Assembly: GCA_965214835.1 (NCBI GenBank)
Contig: CBDCCK010000002.1
Span: forward strand, 928,001-992,000
Length of the DNA stretch: 64,000 nt
Source of the DNA: Nitrosopumilaceae archaeon
GTDB lineage: Archaea > Thermoproteota > Nitrososphaeria > Nitrososphaerales > Nitrosopumilaceae
Direction: 5' to 3'
Each line of letters begins with the position of its first letter. Position 1 is the stretch's first letter. Shown here in pieces: positions 48,678 to 59,291 of this stretch. Under the pieces are notes generated by a model. That model did not search any database. It had not been told where the DNA came from and saw nothing but the letters and a program-made list of their open reading frames with translations. A program made the position numbers and the translations under genes.

Positions 48678-49181
48678 TTACATGCCGGTCTTGAACTCTT
48701 TTTCCACCACGGACCAGGCAGACTCCACGGTGATCATGCCCTCCGAGCTAAAACCGGTCAGCTGCCCCCTTACAAGCGAGTCGTACATCTGCGGGCTGAT
48801 ATCGTCCCTGTCTATTGTTGTGGTGCTCTTGAGCGGGATCTGCGCACCGGGGTAAAACGCGGCCCTTCCAGGCATTGCAATGTCCTGGGTTGAATACTGT
48901 CCGGACGCAATGCGTGTCCCGCCTGAAAAGATGTCATAGGCTATCAGCGGAATCGTAAACGTCTTCTCGCTTGGGTTGGAAACTAGGAAGGTGGTCTCGA
49001 CCCTCAGCGTTCCGGAGATCCTGTCCACCGACGAGACCTCCACTCCCGCCAGATCAACCTGTACCTGCTCCAGCTGGGGATTGTCCAGGCCCGCATACAT
49101 TACAAAGCCCCCCATCATGGCCAGCAGTCCCGCTATTGCCGCATATACGATCATCTTGCTCTGTAGGGCCAAACTAGACAT
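48678..49181 (-). CDS. membrane-anchored LEA type 2-like protein
   Basis: N-terminal TM, VSNPS motif. Confidence 0.72.
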   Translation of the reverse strand: MSSLALQSKMIVYAAIAGLLAMMGGFVMYAGLDNPQLEQVQVDLAGVEVSSVDRISGTLRVETTFLVSNPSEKTFTIPLIAYDIFSGGTRIASGQYSTQDIAMPGRAAFYPGAQIPLKSTTTIDRDDISPQMYDSLVRGQLTGFSSEGMITVESAWSVVEKEFKTGM

Positions 49182-49237
49182 TCCTGACTCCTACAACTAA
49201 AAAACGTTGTCGAGGGCAAATAGATAATATCTGATCA

Positions 49238-49747
49238 TTGAAAACAACTGTAATGGGACTGGAGCAGACCCTCATAACCTGGATACACCTAGTCTCCGCG
49301 GCCATCTGGGTCGGGGGCTCGATATTTCTCGGCATAGTACTGGCCCCCCTGCTCAAGACAATGTATGCCTCCCACGAGGAGAGGATCCAGCTGATGATAA
49401 GGGTCGGAAGACGCTTTAACAAGATTGCAGTACCGTCGCTCCTGGTTTTGATTGCAACCGGAGTTTACAACTCCAGAAACATTCTCGGCGATCCGGAGCT
49501 TTTGCTTTCCAGCAGTTACGGGATGTATGTCATGATCAAGATCATCCTTGTCATTCTCCTGATTGCAGTATTTCTGGTGCATGTACTAATGATCCGCAGG
49601 GATGTCGAGGACAGGATTATGGCCGGGGAGATGCCCCCGGCGCAGCTGCAGGGACTGCGCAGGAAAATCATCGTTTTGGGCGAGGCCACGGTGGTAATCT
49701 CCGTGGCAATACTGTTCTTTGCGGCGGCCCTGGATTCCGGACTATAG
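49238..49747 (+). CDS. CopD-family membrane protein
   Basis: WIHLVSAAIWVGG..F; RF; LIATG. Confidence 0.82.
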   Translation: MKTTVMGLEQTLITWIHLVSAAIWVGGSIFLGIVLAPLLKTMYASHEERIQLMIRVGRRFNKIAVPSLLVLIATGVYNSRNILGDPELLLSSSYGMYVMIKIILVILLIAVFLVHVLMIRRDVEDRIMAGEMPPAQLQGLRRKIIVLGEATVVISVAILFFAAALDSGL

Positions 49748-50758
49748 GGCTCCCCTGATTCTTACCTCGAAGCCTCCCGGGATCCTGCCTATTCCGTATC
49801 TGCAGCCCGTAATCCTTGAGGTGACGTACAGGTTCGTTTCCAGGTGTTTTGTCATCCTGTCGGTCCGCAGGACGGATGTCTCGCCGCACCGGCTGGCAGG
49901 GATCACCAGCATGTCTGCAAGGTTGTGATCCACCCCCAGATCACTCTGCAGGAATTCTGCTGCCACATCCCTTTGAAAGCCGCCCGCCCTGTCATCCCAC
50001 AGGCTGTCGACTCCCATCACCGAGCTGGAGTCTTGGCTGTACAGCAGGACCGACGCGCCCCCGTCTCGGGCCTCCTCTTGGCGTATGCGGCAGCTGACCC
50101 TCCACCCCCCTGATTCTAGCCGATCAACAATCCTACTGCATTCTGACTCGACTTTTTTCCTACTGGTTTTTGAAAACGTGCATAGCAGGCCCGCCGTCTT
50201 GTCGCCTCTTTTTGTCAGTGAAACGGGCGCAATTTTCCTGCACGGTTCTATGACTGCCTCGACCTGGCCCCCGCCCCTTGGGAAATATCCCCTTTTTCTG
50301 ACACTGGCCGAATATCTTATCCCGAACCGCTCTAGTGCGTTTTGTAGTACGGTTCCTGTATAGTCCATCGTTGGGCTCCATGCCACATCCGTTCCGCCCC
50401 TGATCTTCAGGCTGGTTCTCCGCCCTGCCATTGAGGCGGCAAAGACTGCGCCCTGGAGGGCCAGGGAAATGCTGCCGGCAGTACCCACATCTTCACGGAT
50501 CTCCGCCTCCCTGGCATCCTTTGGTGCAAATTCAACAGATGTTGAGCCCAAGTCCAGTCCTGAGACATCAGCATCGAAGATCCTGGCCAGAATCCTTCCC
50601 GAGGCAAGATGCTGCGCCCTCAGGCCCGGAACCTTTCTCTTGCTCCTGATATTTTCAATCCTGACTGGCACCTTTGAGATGCATGACAATGCAAGCGCGC
50701 TCCGGAGAATCTGCCCGCCTCCCTCCCCCCTAGAGCCGTCAATCGCAAGGAATTCCAT
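49742..50758 (-). CDS. rtcA: RNA 3'-terminal phosphate cyclase
   Basis: IDGSRGEGGGQILRSAL, PGLRAQH, GGTDV, GYFPRGGG, DHNLAD, HLETN. Confidence 0.94.
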   Translation of the reverse strand: MEFLAIDGSRGEGGGQILRSALALSCISKVPVRIENIRSKRKVPGLRAQHLASGRILARIFDADVSGLDLGSTSVEFAPKDAREAEIREDVGTAGSISLALQGAVFAASMAGRRTSLKIRGGTDVAWSPTMDYTGTVLQNALERFGIRYSASVRKRGYFPRGGGQVEAVIEPCRKIAPVSLTKRGDKTAGLLCTFSKTSRKKVESECSRIVDRLESGGWRVSCRIRQEEARDGGASVLLYSQDSSSVMGVDSLWDDRAGGFQRDVAAEFLQSDLGVDHNLADMLVIPASRCGETSVLRTDRMTKHLETNLYVTSRITGCRYGIGRIPGGFEVRIRGAL

Positions 50759-50809
50759 GCTGTCCTTCGTTATGGTGGTTTTTAATAATTCTGAATCCAG
50801 ACGATCCAT

Positions 50810-51304
50810 ATGGACGGACTGCTCATTGGAAGGTTTCAGCCGTTTCACCTGGGCCACCTGCATGCTATAAAATACGCCCTCTCGCAAGCCGACAATGTCT
50901 GGATTGGGATAGGCAGCTCCAACAGATCCCTTGAAAGGCAGAATCCCTTTTCCTCGGCAGAGAGGAGGGAGATGATAGAGTCGTCCCTGGATGGCGAGAC
51001 CCTGCAGAGAGTCGGGATTTACGAAATACCTGATCTTGGTGATCACAAAAAATGGGCAGAGAGCATCAAGACCATAGTCCCGGAATTTGACGTGGTTTTC
51101 ACCAATGATAAAGTGACGCGCCACATCTATTCGCGCCGGGGCATCACCGTTTTGCCCATCCCGTTTGAAAGCCGGGATTCCCTTTCGGGCACCAGCATAC
51201 GCGAGAAAATCACCGACGGTGGGAACTGGGAGGACTGTGTTCCGGACGGGACAAGAGGCGTGCTAGCCAAGTCTGGTGCCGGCGATCGCCTGAAAGGTCT
51301 GTAA
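50810..51304 (+). CDS. nadM: nicotinamide-nucleotide adenylyltransferase
   Basis: GRFQPFHLGH, NPFS, SGTSIR. Confidence 0.93.
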   Translation: MDGLLIGRFQPFHLGHLHAIKYALSQADNVWIGIGSSNRSLERQNPFSSAERREMIESSLDGETLQRVGIYEIPDLGDHKKWAESIKTIVPEFDVVFTNDKVTRHIYSRRGITVLPIPFESRDSLSGTSIREKITDGGNWEDCVPDGTRGVLAKSGAGDRLKGL

Positions 51305-51343
51305 TTATAAATAAACCCGTCCTGCCCCTATCCTTAGATTACG

Positions 51344-52498
51344 ATGGAGTATCTTTCAATGCTGCCCGGCCCGACAAACGTGCCCAACAGGGTAATGAGG
51401 GCGATGCTTGCACCGATCATCAACCACAGAAGCGACGACTTTGTAGAGCTGTACACCGATGTCATTGAGAAGACCCAGCAGGTCTTTGAGACAAAAAACG
51501 ACATCGTTGCGCTATCTGCGTCCGGCACTGGCGCAGTCGAGGCAGGCGTCATAAACCTAGTCAAAAAGGGCGATAAGGTAATCATTCCCGTCAACGGGGA
51601 GTTCAGCAGCAGACTGTCCCAGCTAATCGAGGGCCAGGGCGCAGACGTCGTAAGGCTCGAGACTCCTCCCGGGCAAAATGCCACCTTTGATCAGGTGAGG
51701 GAGGCATTTGACAACAACCCCGACGTAAAGGCATTCTATGTCGTCCATAACGAGACATCCACGGGAACCATGGTAAACTATCTCGACAGGGTATCTGATC
51801 TGACCTCCAGAAACGACGCGTTTTACGTGGTCGATTCCGTCTCGCTCCTAGGCGGTGCGCCGCTGCCCGTGGACAAGTGGAACGTGGATGTGTGCATGAC
51901 AGGGGCACAAAAGGCAATAGCCGCGCCCCCGGGAATCTCCCCGATATCTGTCAGCCCCCGGGCCAAAAAATACATGATTGAAAACCCCCCGAACACGATG
52001 TACTTTAACCTGGCAAGGTACTTTAGGTATTATGACGAGGAAAGGCACACGCCGTTCACGCCGGCACTGCCGCTGCTGTATGCATACAGGGAGGCATGCT
52101 CGATTCTCCTAGAGGAGGGACTCGAAAACGTATTCCGGAGGCACAAGGTCTGCTCTGACTCGCTGTATGACGGACTGAGTGCGATGGGCCTGTCCCCGTT
52201 TGCAAGGGAGGAGGATCGCTCCATCTCGATTGTGGCGCTCAACTATCTTGACGGACTCGAAGACAAGACGTTTCGAAACACGCTTGCAGACAGGTTCAAG
52301 GTTCTGGTCGCAGGCGGGTTTGGGAACCTCAAGGGCAAGGTATTCAGAGTGGGCTGCATGGGGGAGGTGAGCCCCTACCACGTCATGAGGACCGTCTCTG
52401 CGGTATCCTCGACACTGGCAATGATGGGGTATGACATAGACGCCCAAGCGGGCCTCAGGGCAGCCGAGCAGAGACTCAAGGCACTCAATCACTGCTAA
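51344..52498 (+). CDS. alanine-glyoxylate/serine-pyruvate-type aminotransferase
   Basis: LPGPT, SGTGAVE, HNETSTG, DSVS, GAQKAIAAPPG. Confidence 0.92.
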   Translation: MEYLSMLPGPTNVPNRVMRAMLAPIINHRSDDFVELYTDVIEKTQQVFETKNDIVALSASGTGAVEAGVINLVKKGDKVIIPVNGEFSSRLSQLIEGQGADVVRLETPPGQNATFDQVREAFDNNPDVKAFYVVHNETSTGTMVNYLDRVSDLTSRNDAFYVVDSVSLLGGAPLPVDKWNVDVCMTGAQKAIAAPPGISPISVSPRAKKYMIENPPNTMYFNLARYFRYYDEERHTPFTPALPLLYAYREACSILLEEGLENVFRRHKVCSDSLYDGLSAMGLSPFAREEDRSISIVALNYLDGLEDKTFRNTLADRFKVLVAGGFGNLKGKVFRVGCMGEVSPYHVMRTVSAVSSTLAMMGYDIDAQAGLRAAEQRLKALNHC

Positions 52499-52554
52499 AT
52501 GCCACGAAGCGAATCCTTCGCGTGTACGAGGTCACTTGGTTTTGACGTGTTTTG

Positions 52555-52683
52555 GGGGTTGTCGCCTAATTCGCTAGAATCCCCGAAAACCGTTGAGATG
52601 CCATATGATCAGGCGTGCAAAAGGGCGGAAATTCGGAAAAACGTACGGATTGAGTCGGGTAGGTGGAATTAGGCGACAGCCCC
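52555..52683. mobile_element. MITE of about 130 bp (IS256-like ends), copy 1
   Basis: GGGGTTGTCGCCTAATTC...GAATTAGGCGACAGCCCC; 9-bp duplication CGTGTTTTG. Confidence 0.9.
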
Positions 52684-53225
52684 CGTGTTTTGACAACCTG
52701 CGTAACATATTGCGATCATGCTGATCAAATACGATGCCTGTATAGCATCAGCATCATGAAAGGCCGTCGACCCACATACCGCGAACTAGAGGCCACAATC
52801 GTATCATTCACAGACAGAATAAGCACGCTAGAAAATAACCAAAAGGTAATGTGCAGGATGATGAAGGAGAAGGACAGGCGGCTCCGGTACTACGAGAACG
52901 AGAACTCGCCACCGTCTGCAGAATCACTAGAGTACAAGAGGCAAAAGGCGCAGCGGAAAAGGGAGAGGGCTAGTAACCGTGGCAACGGCAGCAACGGCAG
53001 CAGTAGTGGCAACAATAATGGCACCGGCAAAAAGCCGGGAGGCCAGAGGGGCCACAAGGGGACATCCAGAAGACACGACCCACAGAAGACGGTGCTTCAC
53101 ACGTTCCAGGACAACGACGGGACGTGCTCGCCGGTGTGCATGTGCGGGGGGGCCATGGACATAACTGCCCTGATACGGGACATCATCGACTTTGAACCGG
53201 TCAGGATGACAGAGACGCGGCACAT

Positions 53226-54641
53226 CAGTACTTCCTAGATGTACTTTTGCAGACCCGACACGGCACCTCCGCTACTTTCCGCGATCGTTTACAAACGAGT
53301 CGGCCGCATCGACAATGCACGCGACAAACAGCATCATGGTAAACCCCTTCCCTCCTGCAAATCCGTCCCACTTGGATTCCACGTCTATGAACACGGCAGT
53401 CCTCCACAGGTTGTACAGTATGACAGACATATAGAACAGCAGCAGCCTGACGACCGGGGAATTGCTGCACGTCTTGCCCATTATCCCCTTGATCACCCTG
53501 AACCCGGTCTCGATTCCCCACCGACTGCGGTACTCCTCCGGTATCTGCTCAATGACTGCCTCTGCACTTTTAGCAGACATGTTGGTGGCAAAGACCAGAT
53601 ACCTGTCGGCTATGGTCTCTTCTGCCTTGTCCTTCTTTGCTGCTGCCGTGCCGTCCTTTTCTACCTCGTCCTTTTCCACAATGACTAGCCTGAATGTGGC
53701 GCTCTTGCCGTCCTTGTTGGTCATTGTATATTTTGATACCGCACCGCGTTCTCCGCGGTCATGCTCCTCTATTGCCGCCACTATCCTCCTGTTCTTGACG
53801 GCAGGCATGATGTAGCTGCCCGTGCTTGTTTCTGCAGCCCTCATGCAGTCCACGTTAAAGAACCCGCGGTCATACAGGAACGTCTTGATCCTCATCCCTG
53901 ATCTGGACGCCTTGCGGATCATTTTAGGCACGAAATCGGCCAGTTTTGCCTCTTTTGGAAGCTGCAGCGAGGAAAGCACGAGGTCAGACCCGTCATCTGA
54001 TCCTATTCCGTGCATGGTAATGTGCGAGAGAAACGTCGACGTGCCGTTCTTGGGCTTTGACTTTCTGGCGATATCCTCCAGGCCCTTGCCATAGTATTCC
54101 ACGTCGGTAACGTCCACTGCCACGACGTCCGTGTTGTGCAGCATGCCTGACCTGCGGGCGCACCTTACCGTATGCTGCAGCATGGAGCTGCACCACTTTT
54201 GCGCATCATCCAGGCTGACGCCCCGGATCGCCTTTAGGATCCAGTCCGGACTAGGCGTACGGCAACTATACGCGCCGCCCTTGGAGGCAGCCCCGTCGTC
54301 ATGCTGCTGCCTGCTGCATTTTGAGGCCCGCCTGCGAAGGTGCGTCACGGCAGATTCTGCAAACATCCTCCTCTCAGACATGAAATATAGAACGCGCAGT
54401 GCGTCGATGTGGTCATACACTGCGTTGCGACTCTTTGAGACGGCCAGCCCGAGCTTGGGAAACCGCCGTCGCAATGTTTTAAACTGTCTCGATGTTATGT
54501 CAAACTGGTGTGCAAACACGTCGTTTTGTGTTGGTATCATGATGATGGTTGGCACACCGCCTGATCTATAGTATGATGGTCAAAAAATCTCGGCAAATTG
54601 CGTAATTATCGTGCCTGCAAAAGTACATCGAGGAACTACTG
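53226..54641 (-). mobile_element. ISH3-family element, copy 2
   Basis: Same 1416-bp element as 28167..29582; duplication ACAT. Confidence 0.92.
53272..54555 (-). CDS. ISH3/IS4-type transposase
   Basis: Protein identical to 28213..29496. Confidence 0.92.
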   Translation of the reverse strand: MPTIIMIPTQNDVFAHQFDITSRQFKTLRRRFPKLGLAVSKSRNAVYDHIDALRVLYFMSERRMFAESAVTHLRRRASKCSRQQHDDGAASKGGAYSCRTPSPDWILKAIRGVSLDDAQKWCSSMLQHTVRCARRSGMLHNTDVVAVDVTDVEYYGKGLEDIARKSKPKNGTSTFLSHITMHGIGSDDGSDLVLSSLQLPKEAKLADFVPKMIRKASRSGMRIKTFLYDRGFFNVDCMRAAETSTGSYIMPAVKNRRIVAAIEEHDRGERGAVSKYTMTNKDGKSATFRLVIVEKDEVEKDGTAAAKKDKAEETIADRYLVFATNMSAKSAEAVIEQIPEEYRSRWGIETGFRVIKGIMGKTCSNSPVVRLLLFYMSVILYNLWRTAVFIDVESKWDGFAGGKGFTMMLFVACIVDAADSFVNDRGK

Positions 54642-55481
54642 ACATAACCGAGCGTGCCACATGCAGACTGTGCGGCATTATGATATCAGCAGACGACGGA
54701 CTCCCAAGGAGGGGCAGGTACGGCAAGCACATGATCTCCCTTGTGTCTGCCTTGCGCGCAAGGCACATGCCGCTGCAGTCCGTGGCAGACACGCTCAAGG
54801 ATTTTACCGGCAGGAGCATCGCCAAATCGACCGTAATCAACATGATCGGAGGGGTATGCGACTCTATGCAAAAGCCGTCAGGCGCGATCCTGGGCGGCAT
54901 CAAGAGATCATCCAACGTCAGAATAGACGAGACTGCGGCCAACATGAACGGCAGCCGCATATGGACATGGACTGCCGAGACGGACAACGGCGTGTTTGTC
55001 GAGTACAATACGAGCAGGGGCGCACTGTTCCTGGACAGGCACATGGAGGGGTATGGCGGAATAGTGACATCTGACAAGTATTCGGTGTATGACAGGTTCA
55101 ACGGGGAGGACAGGCACCAGCTGTGCTGGTCGCACGAGCTGCGCGTATCAAAATACGCGGCGCAAAAGCAGGGCGCCCCGCTGTTTGCGGGAATACTGTA
55201 CGAGCAGCTTCGGCAGCTGTACCGCAGCGCCGTCAGGGCAGCGAGGAGGAAGGACAGGGGCAAGGATCTGCGCAGAAGGTTCGAGTCCTGGCTGCGCAAC
55301 ATACTGTTCGGGTACCGGGAAAGCACGGACGACCCCGTCCTGGGCCCGGTACTGCGCAGGCTGACAAGCTCGCTGCCGCACCTGTTTACGTTCCTGGAGC
55401 ACGACGGCGTGCATCCCACAAACAACGCCGCAGAGCGTGCCCTCCGTTACGCCGTCGTCTTCCGCAAGATAAGCGGGCAGA

Positions 55482-55573
55482 GTATGTGGTCACGTCCCCC
55501 TGTTGACTAGGCGTGAAAATCATGTCATAGATATCAATTCGTGCCTGATTGGCAGGGGTAGGTGACCTCATAC
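55482..55573. mobile_element. 92-bp IS66-type MITE, copy 1
   Basis: GTATGTGGTCAC...GTGACCTCATAC; 8-bp duplication CGGGCAGA. Confidence 0.93.
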
Positions 55574-55754
55574 CGGGCAGATCAAGGGAGGGGAACTCTG
55601 GATGAGGAGGTGGTCGTGGTTTATGACGTGCATACTGACATGGAGGGCAAGGGGCAGATCCGTAGCAGACGAGGTCATGAAACTGGTTTAGGAACGTGAC
55701 CTCGTACTATCATTGCTGTAAAATGTATATAAACAGAATCCAATACTCAATAAC

Positions 55755-56003
55755 ATGTCAGAAACTAGAAGGATGCATGCGAATCCGTTCCACAACCTGC
55801 CGGAGGACAAGATGGCCATAATCAGAGGCGATTTTTATGAAAATAACAACTCCAAAAAAATAACTTTTGAGCAGCATCTTGAATCACTGCACAGGGATGA
55901 CGTGATTCCCGAGGAGGTGCTCGATGTCATAGAAGGCGAAGGGAAGAAAGGGGAAGTAGTAACGGGTGAAGAATTCTTGGAATGGCTACACAAGGATGAC
56001 TAG
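55755..56003 (+). CDS. putative antitoxin
   Basis: Small acidic ORF (..VTGEEFLEWL) overlapping the toxin start. Confidence 0.7.
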   Translation: MSETRRMHANPFHNLPEDKMAIIRGDFYENNNSKKITFEQHLESLHRDDVIPEEVLDVIEGEGKKGEVVTGEEFLEWLHKDD

Positions 56004-56265
56004 GTGGAACGTTGAAAAGAGATCTGCTTTTAAAAAGCAATACAGGAACATAGGACGTGAAAGGCAGAAAAGGGCAGATGTCGCCATATCCGAACTTTTG
56101 TCATCTTCGGATCCTGCAGCCCTTGGGACATACAAGCGGGACGGAAGGTTCTTTGCGTATAATCTTAGCAAAGGTGACCGGCTCATATACACGATAAACT
56201 ATTCTGACAGGACGGTAACGTTCCAGCGCATCTGTGATCACAAGTCCGCCTACGGTATGGACTAG
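55996..56265 (+). CDS. RelE/ParE-like toxin
   Basis: FKKQYRNI..DP..LG..K..RLIYTI..VTFQRICDHK. Confidence 0.8.
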   Translation: MTRWNVEKRSAFKKQYRNIGRERQKRADVAISELLSSSDPAALGTYKRDGRFFAYNLSKGDRLIYTINYSDRTVTFQRICDHKSAYGMD

Positions 56266-56379
56266 ACGGCCTCTTTTTCTTAAGTAATTCGTGTAATTAG
56301 AAGCCATACAAACGCTTGGGTTGCAACAGATCGGTCTCTAGAAGCCGTTTTTGATTTTATGCACGGGTTCTATTTTGAC

Positions 56380-56432
56380 CGGCATTCATTAGTGACAAAA
56401 TTCGTGCCTGAACTTCCAGTACGAGCTGTTAC
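56380..56432 (-). mobile_element. solo end of the 111-bp MITE family
   Basis: Reverse complement GTAACAGCTCGTACTGGAAGTTCAGGCACGAATTTT resembles 36452 onward. Confidence 0.7.
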
Positions 56433-56449
56433 GATAACTTGCAGTTTTG

Positions 56450-56675
56450 TGTTATATGAAAATTAGGCTCGTTAGTCATTGATGTCCCCCTCCATCCATT
56501 TTGGGTCGCTTTTCCTGATCGCATTAGTGGCCTCCTTGCTCCCAAACGCCTGAAGCGGCGTCTCACAGTTGGCAATGTCAAGCGAAAAGTGGAGCCTTCT
56601 CTCGTTGTAATAGTCCACGTACTGCCTCAGGTCGTCATAATGCCGCATCTCCTCCTCGATGGTGCGATGGAACCG
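56450..56675 (-). pseudogene. IS481-family transposase 3' remnant with TGT end
   Basis: RFHRTIEEE..YYNERRLHFSL..TP. Confidence 0.75.
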
Positions 56676-56682
56676 CCCCGCC

Positions 56683-57811
56683 TTATTGCCAGTCCGAGCA
56701 GGTAGTATCGAGGCCTGGCAGGAGATCCGTCGCTTTCAAAATCCAGAAACACGTCGGTCTTTCCCCTTCGTACATTGGCGCCCCATCCTGGCTTTTTTTA
56801 GCCTTTTTTGTAACAAGGGCATTAACATGCGTAATCATCGATCTGGAAAGTTTCATGCCAAAACCTACATCTGCAAGCCCTCGTTCTCCGGCGTCCCTGA
56901 CATCATGGATCGTGTTAAATCCTGCCTCCTGCAGCATGCCTGCCCGCTGCTTCCCTACCCCGCTGATAAGGCTCAGGCTTCCGTGCTTGATTGCCAATTT
57001 GTTACCGTAACGGAGCCACGGGTGAGATCCTTTGCCGTACGCAGGATCAGGCATCTTCCCGTCCATGATGTCCATTATCTGCCCCAACGAAAACTCAAGA
57101 CGCCCCACCCACTGGTCATACGAGAAGGGGTGCTCTTTTTTATCTCCGTCTATGACGTAAAACACATCTGGAGTGACACCCTGTATTGCCCCGAGCAACC
57201 GGTTGTAAAACGCAGCCTGGAGAACGTGGCCTCGTTTTAGCCGCACGCTCTTGATCTCTTTGATCACGTAGTAGTGATTCCCAAATTCCGATTTTCCGCG
57301 ACGGCGCTCGAGCACGTCGGGCATGCCAAACATGCCATTTGGGAGCGAGATGACAGGAGGGTTTGAGATCATTTTTGTGCCTGCAGCCATTGCGTCAAGG
57401 CCCTGTCTGAACCCGTCACTGAATGTCAGGTATGGCATCTTTTGGGGTATGTGGTCACGTCCCCCTGTTGACTAGGCGTGAAAATCATGTCATAGATATC
57501 AATTCGTGCCTGATTGGCAGGGGTAGGTGACCTCATACCTTTTGGGGAATGCCATATGATTCCTCAACTGTTTTTGCCTCGTAGACATTGCCTGCCTCTG
57601 CCATGGCATCTAGCATTGGATCCGGAGGATCTCTCTCTGCAGGATCCGCATACATGTCGGCCCACAGTGAGAACGGACTGTAATAATGCCTCAGAACGTC
57701 ACTTGCCCTAACGGCCCTGTCCCAATTGCCCGTAGTGTGCCTTGCATGCATTTCGGCTAGATCCGCCGGTCGAGGCACATTCCTGACCATATCAAAAATC
57801 TCATTTGCCAT
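56683..57811 (-). pseudogene. TM0106-like RecB-family nuclease, split by a MITE and truncated
   Basis: GMPDVL..KEIK..LQAAFY, HhH ISGVG; rejoins GIPQK|MPYL. Confidence 0.8.
57447..57538. mobile_element. 92-bp IS66-type MITE, copy 2 (identical to copy 1)
   Basis: 8-bp duplication CTTTTGGG. Confidence 0.93.
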
Positions 57812-57967
57812 CTTGATTTATGTCTTCCAAGTATATGCAGTCTTCAGAGGTTCCCAGGAAAACGGTTCCAAATTTGACACAATTCAGATCAGGCTGTCTG
57901 CAGGTCCGCATGCGGCTGTCTGCACTGCCATGAGTCGGGTTACATCTGGGAAGACTGTGGTTGTACA

Positions 57968-58097
57968 GGGGTTGTCGCCTAATTCCGTTTATTTGACTCA
58001 ATCTGCATGTTTTTTTGAATTTCCGCCCTTTTGCACACCTGATCCATATGGCACTTCAACGGTTTTCAGGAATTCTGGTGAATTAGGCGACAACCCC
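57968..58097. mobile_element. MITE of about 130 bp, copy 2
   Basis: Perfect 18-bp TIR; 9-bp duplication GGTTGTACA. Confidence 0.92.
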
Positions 58098-58147
58098 GGT
58101 TGTACAATAACTTTTATCGTATTCTAAATCTATAAAATGCAGGCAAC

Positions 58148-58883
58148 ATGTCGACTCAAACTTCAGGATGGGAATTTTCTTACAAACTAGGCAGTAAAAT
58201 TGATTATGATGAAAGCCTCCCAAAGCAAGAAAACGTTGATTTTGTTACTGAAATATACGGAAAGCAACGAGCAATAACTGGATTCAAAGTAACGTCCAGA
58301 AAAACAATCCAACATGATGCTCAAAACGACGCTGAACGAAAAGCAAAGGCTTTGATGGCATTACTCATATCATCTTCTGGCACATATTCGACACACACAC
58401 TATGTGGGTTTACTGAAATTAAAGAATCTGGACGTAGAAGAGTTGGACCATCAATCATATTCAGCCACTCTATTCGAAACAATGGATTGTCGGATATTCC
58501 TGATGACAAATTCCAAGAAATTCTTAACAAAGAAAATCCATCTTTGGATGAAAAACTGCAATTCATGTCCAAGGCTAGACAGGCAGAAAAGACCAATGAC
58601 TATGAACCCACAATTAAATATCTTTTTCTGGCTTGTAACGAAAACCCGCCTCAAGATCTTAAAAAATTTAAATTTTTACGTCATGCAATTTCACATAACA
58701 AAGGTTCATTGCATAAGGACACAATCAAGGGATTACAAGAATTTGGAGCGAATTACTTTGAATTGACTTGTGACAATAAACTCGATTGGGATTCTCAAAA
58801 ACCATGACAATTTAAAAATTCAGGCATTTAAATTCTTAAACATCATGGATGCTCAGTTAAGAAAAGAATTATCAAATGGATAA
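58148..58883 (+). CDS. AT-rich HEPN-like (RxxxxH) protein; probable A-run frameshift near 58800
   Basis: FLRHAISH; an alternative frame continues NHDNLKIQAFKFL..SNG*. Confidence 0.6.
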
Positions 58884-58999
58884 ATGTTCACGGCCCCACA
58901 GCAGTTAAAAATTCGCACTCATCCCGACTGTAAGGTCGCATTTCCACCCAATTATGATCATGTATGAAATTCTGCATGCCAGAACCCCACGAAACAATA

Positions 59000-59118
59000 G
59001 ACTTTATGCGTAATCACCGGGATCAAAACATTTGCATGAGGTCATGCCCACTTGCTGGCTAGGCATGAAAACCACAACTGCAGGCAAATGTGTGCCTGAT
59101 TGCTGCTCAGGCAGGGGC
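59000..59118. mobile_element. truncated IS5-like end followed by a decayed 92-bp-family MITE
   Basis: GACTTTATGCGTAATC..; GCATGAGGTCATGCCC..CTAGGCATGAAAA..GTGCCTGATTG. Confidence 0.65.
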
Positions 59119-59291
59119 TGCCATATTACGTTATTTTGTCCGCGATATCCCTGTACTATTTAAAGAAGACTTGGAGTATGTTTTTATGCCAGTCATTGGT
59201 AATAGAACCGTTTGGTACCTGCCTATACGTGAATCCTTGGAACTAGCAGGGTTGCTGGGGTCCAGGGTTGATGTGGGTATAGGCCCCCAAA

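Larger units (their letters stand above)
52756..55691 (+). pseudogene. IS66-like transposase split by ISH3 and a 92-bp MITE
   Basis: Rejoins ETRH|ITERATC and KISGQ|IKGG..KLV*; RIDET, QLCWSHELR, TNNAAERALR. Confidence 0.9.
52524..55707 (+). mobile_element. single-ORF IS66-like element carrying three nested insertions
   Basis: TIR GTACGAGGTCAC...GTGACCTCGTAC. Confidence 0.88.
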
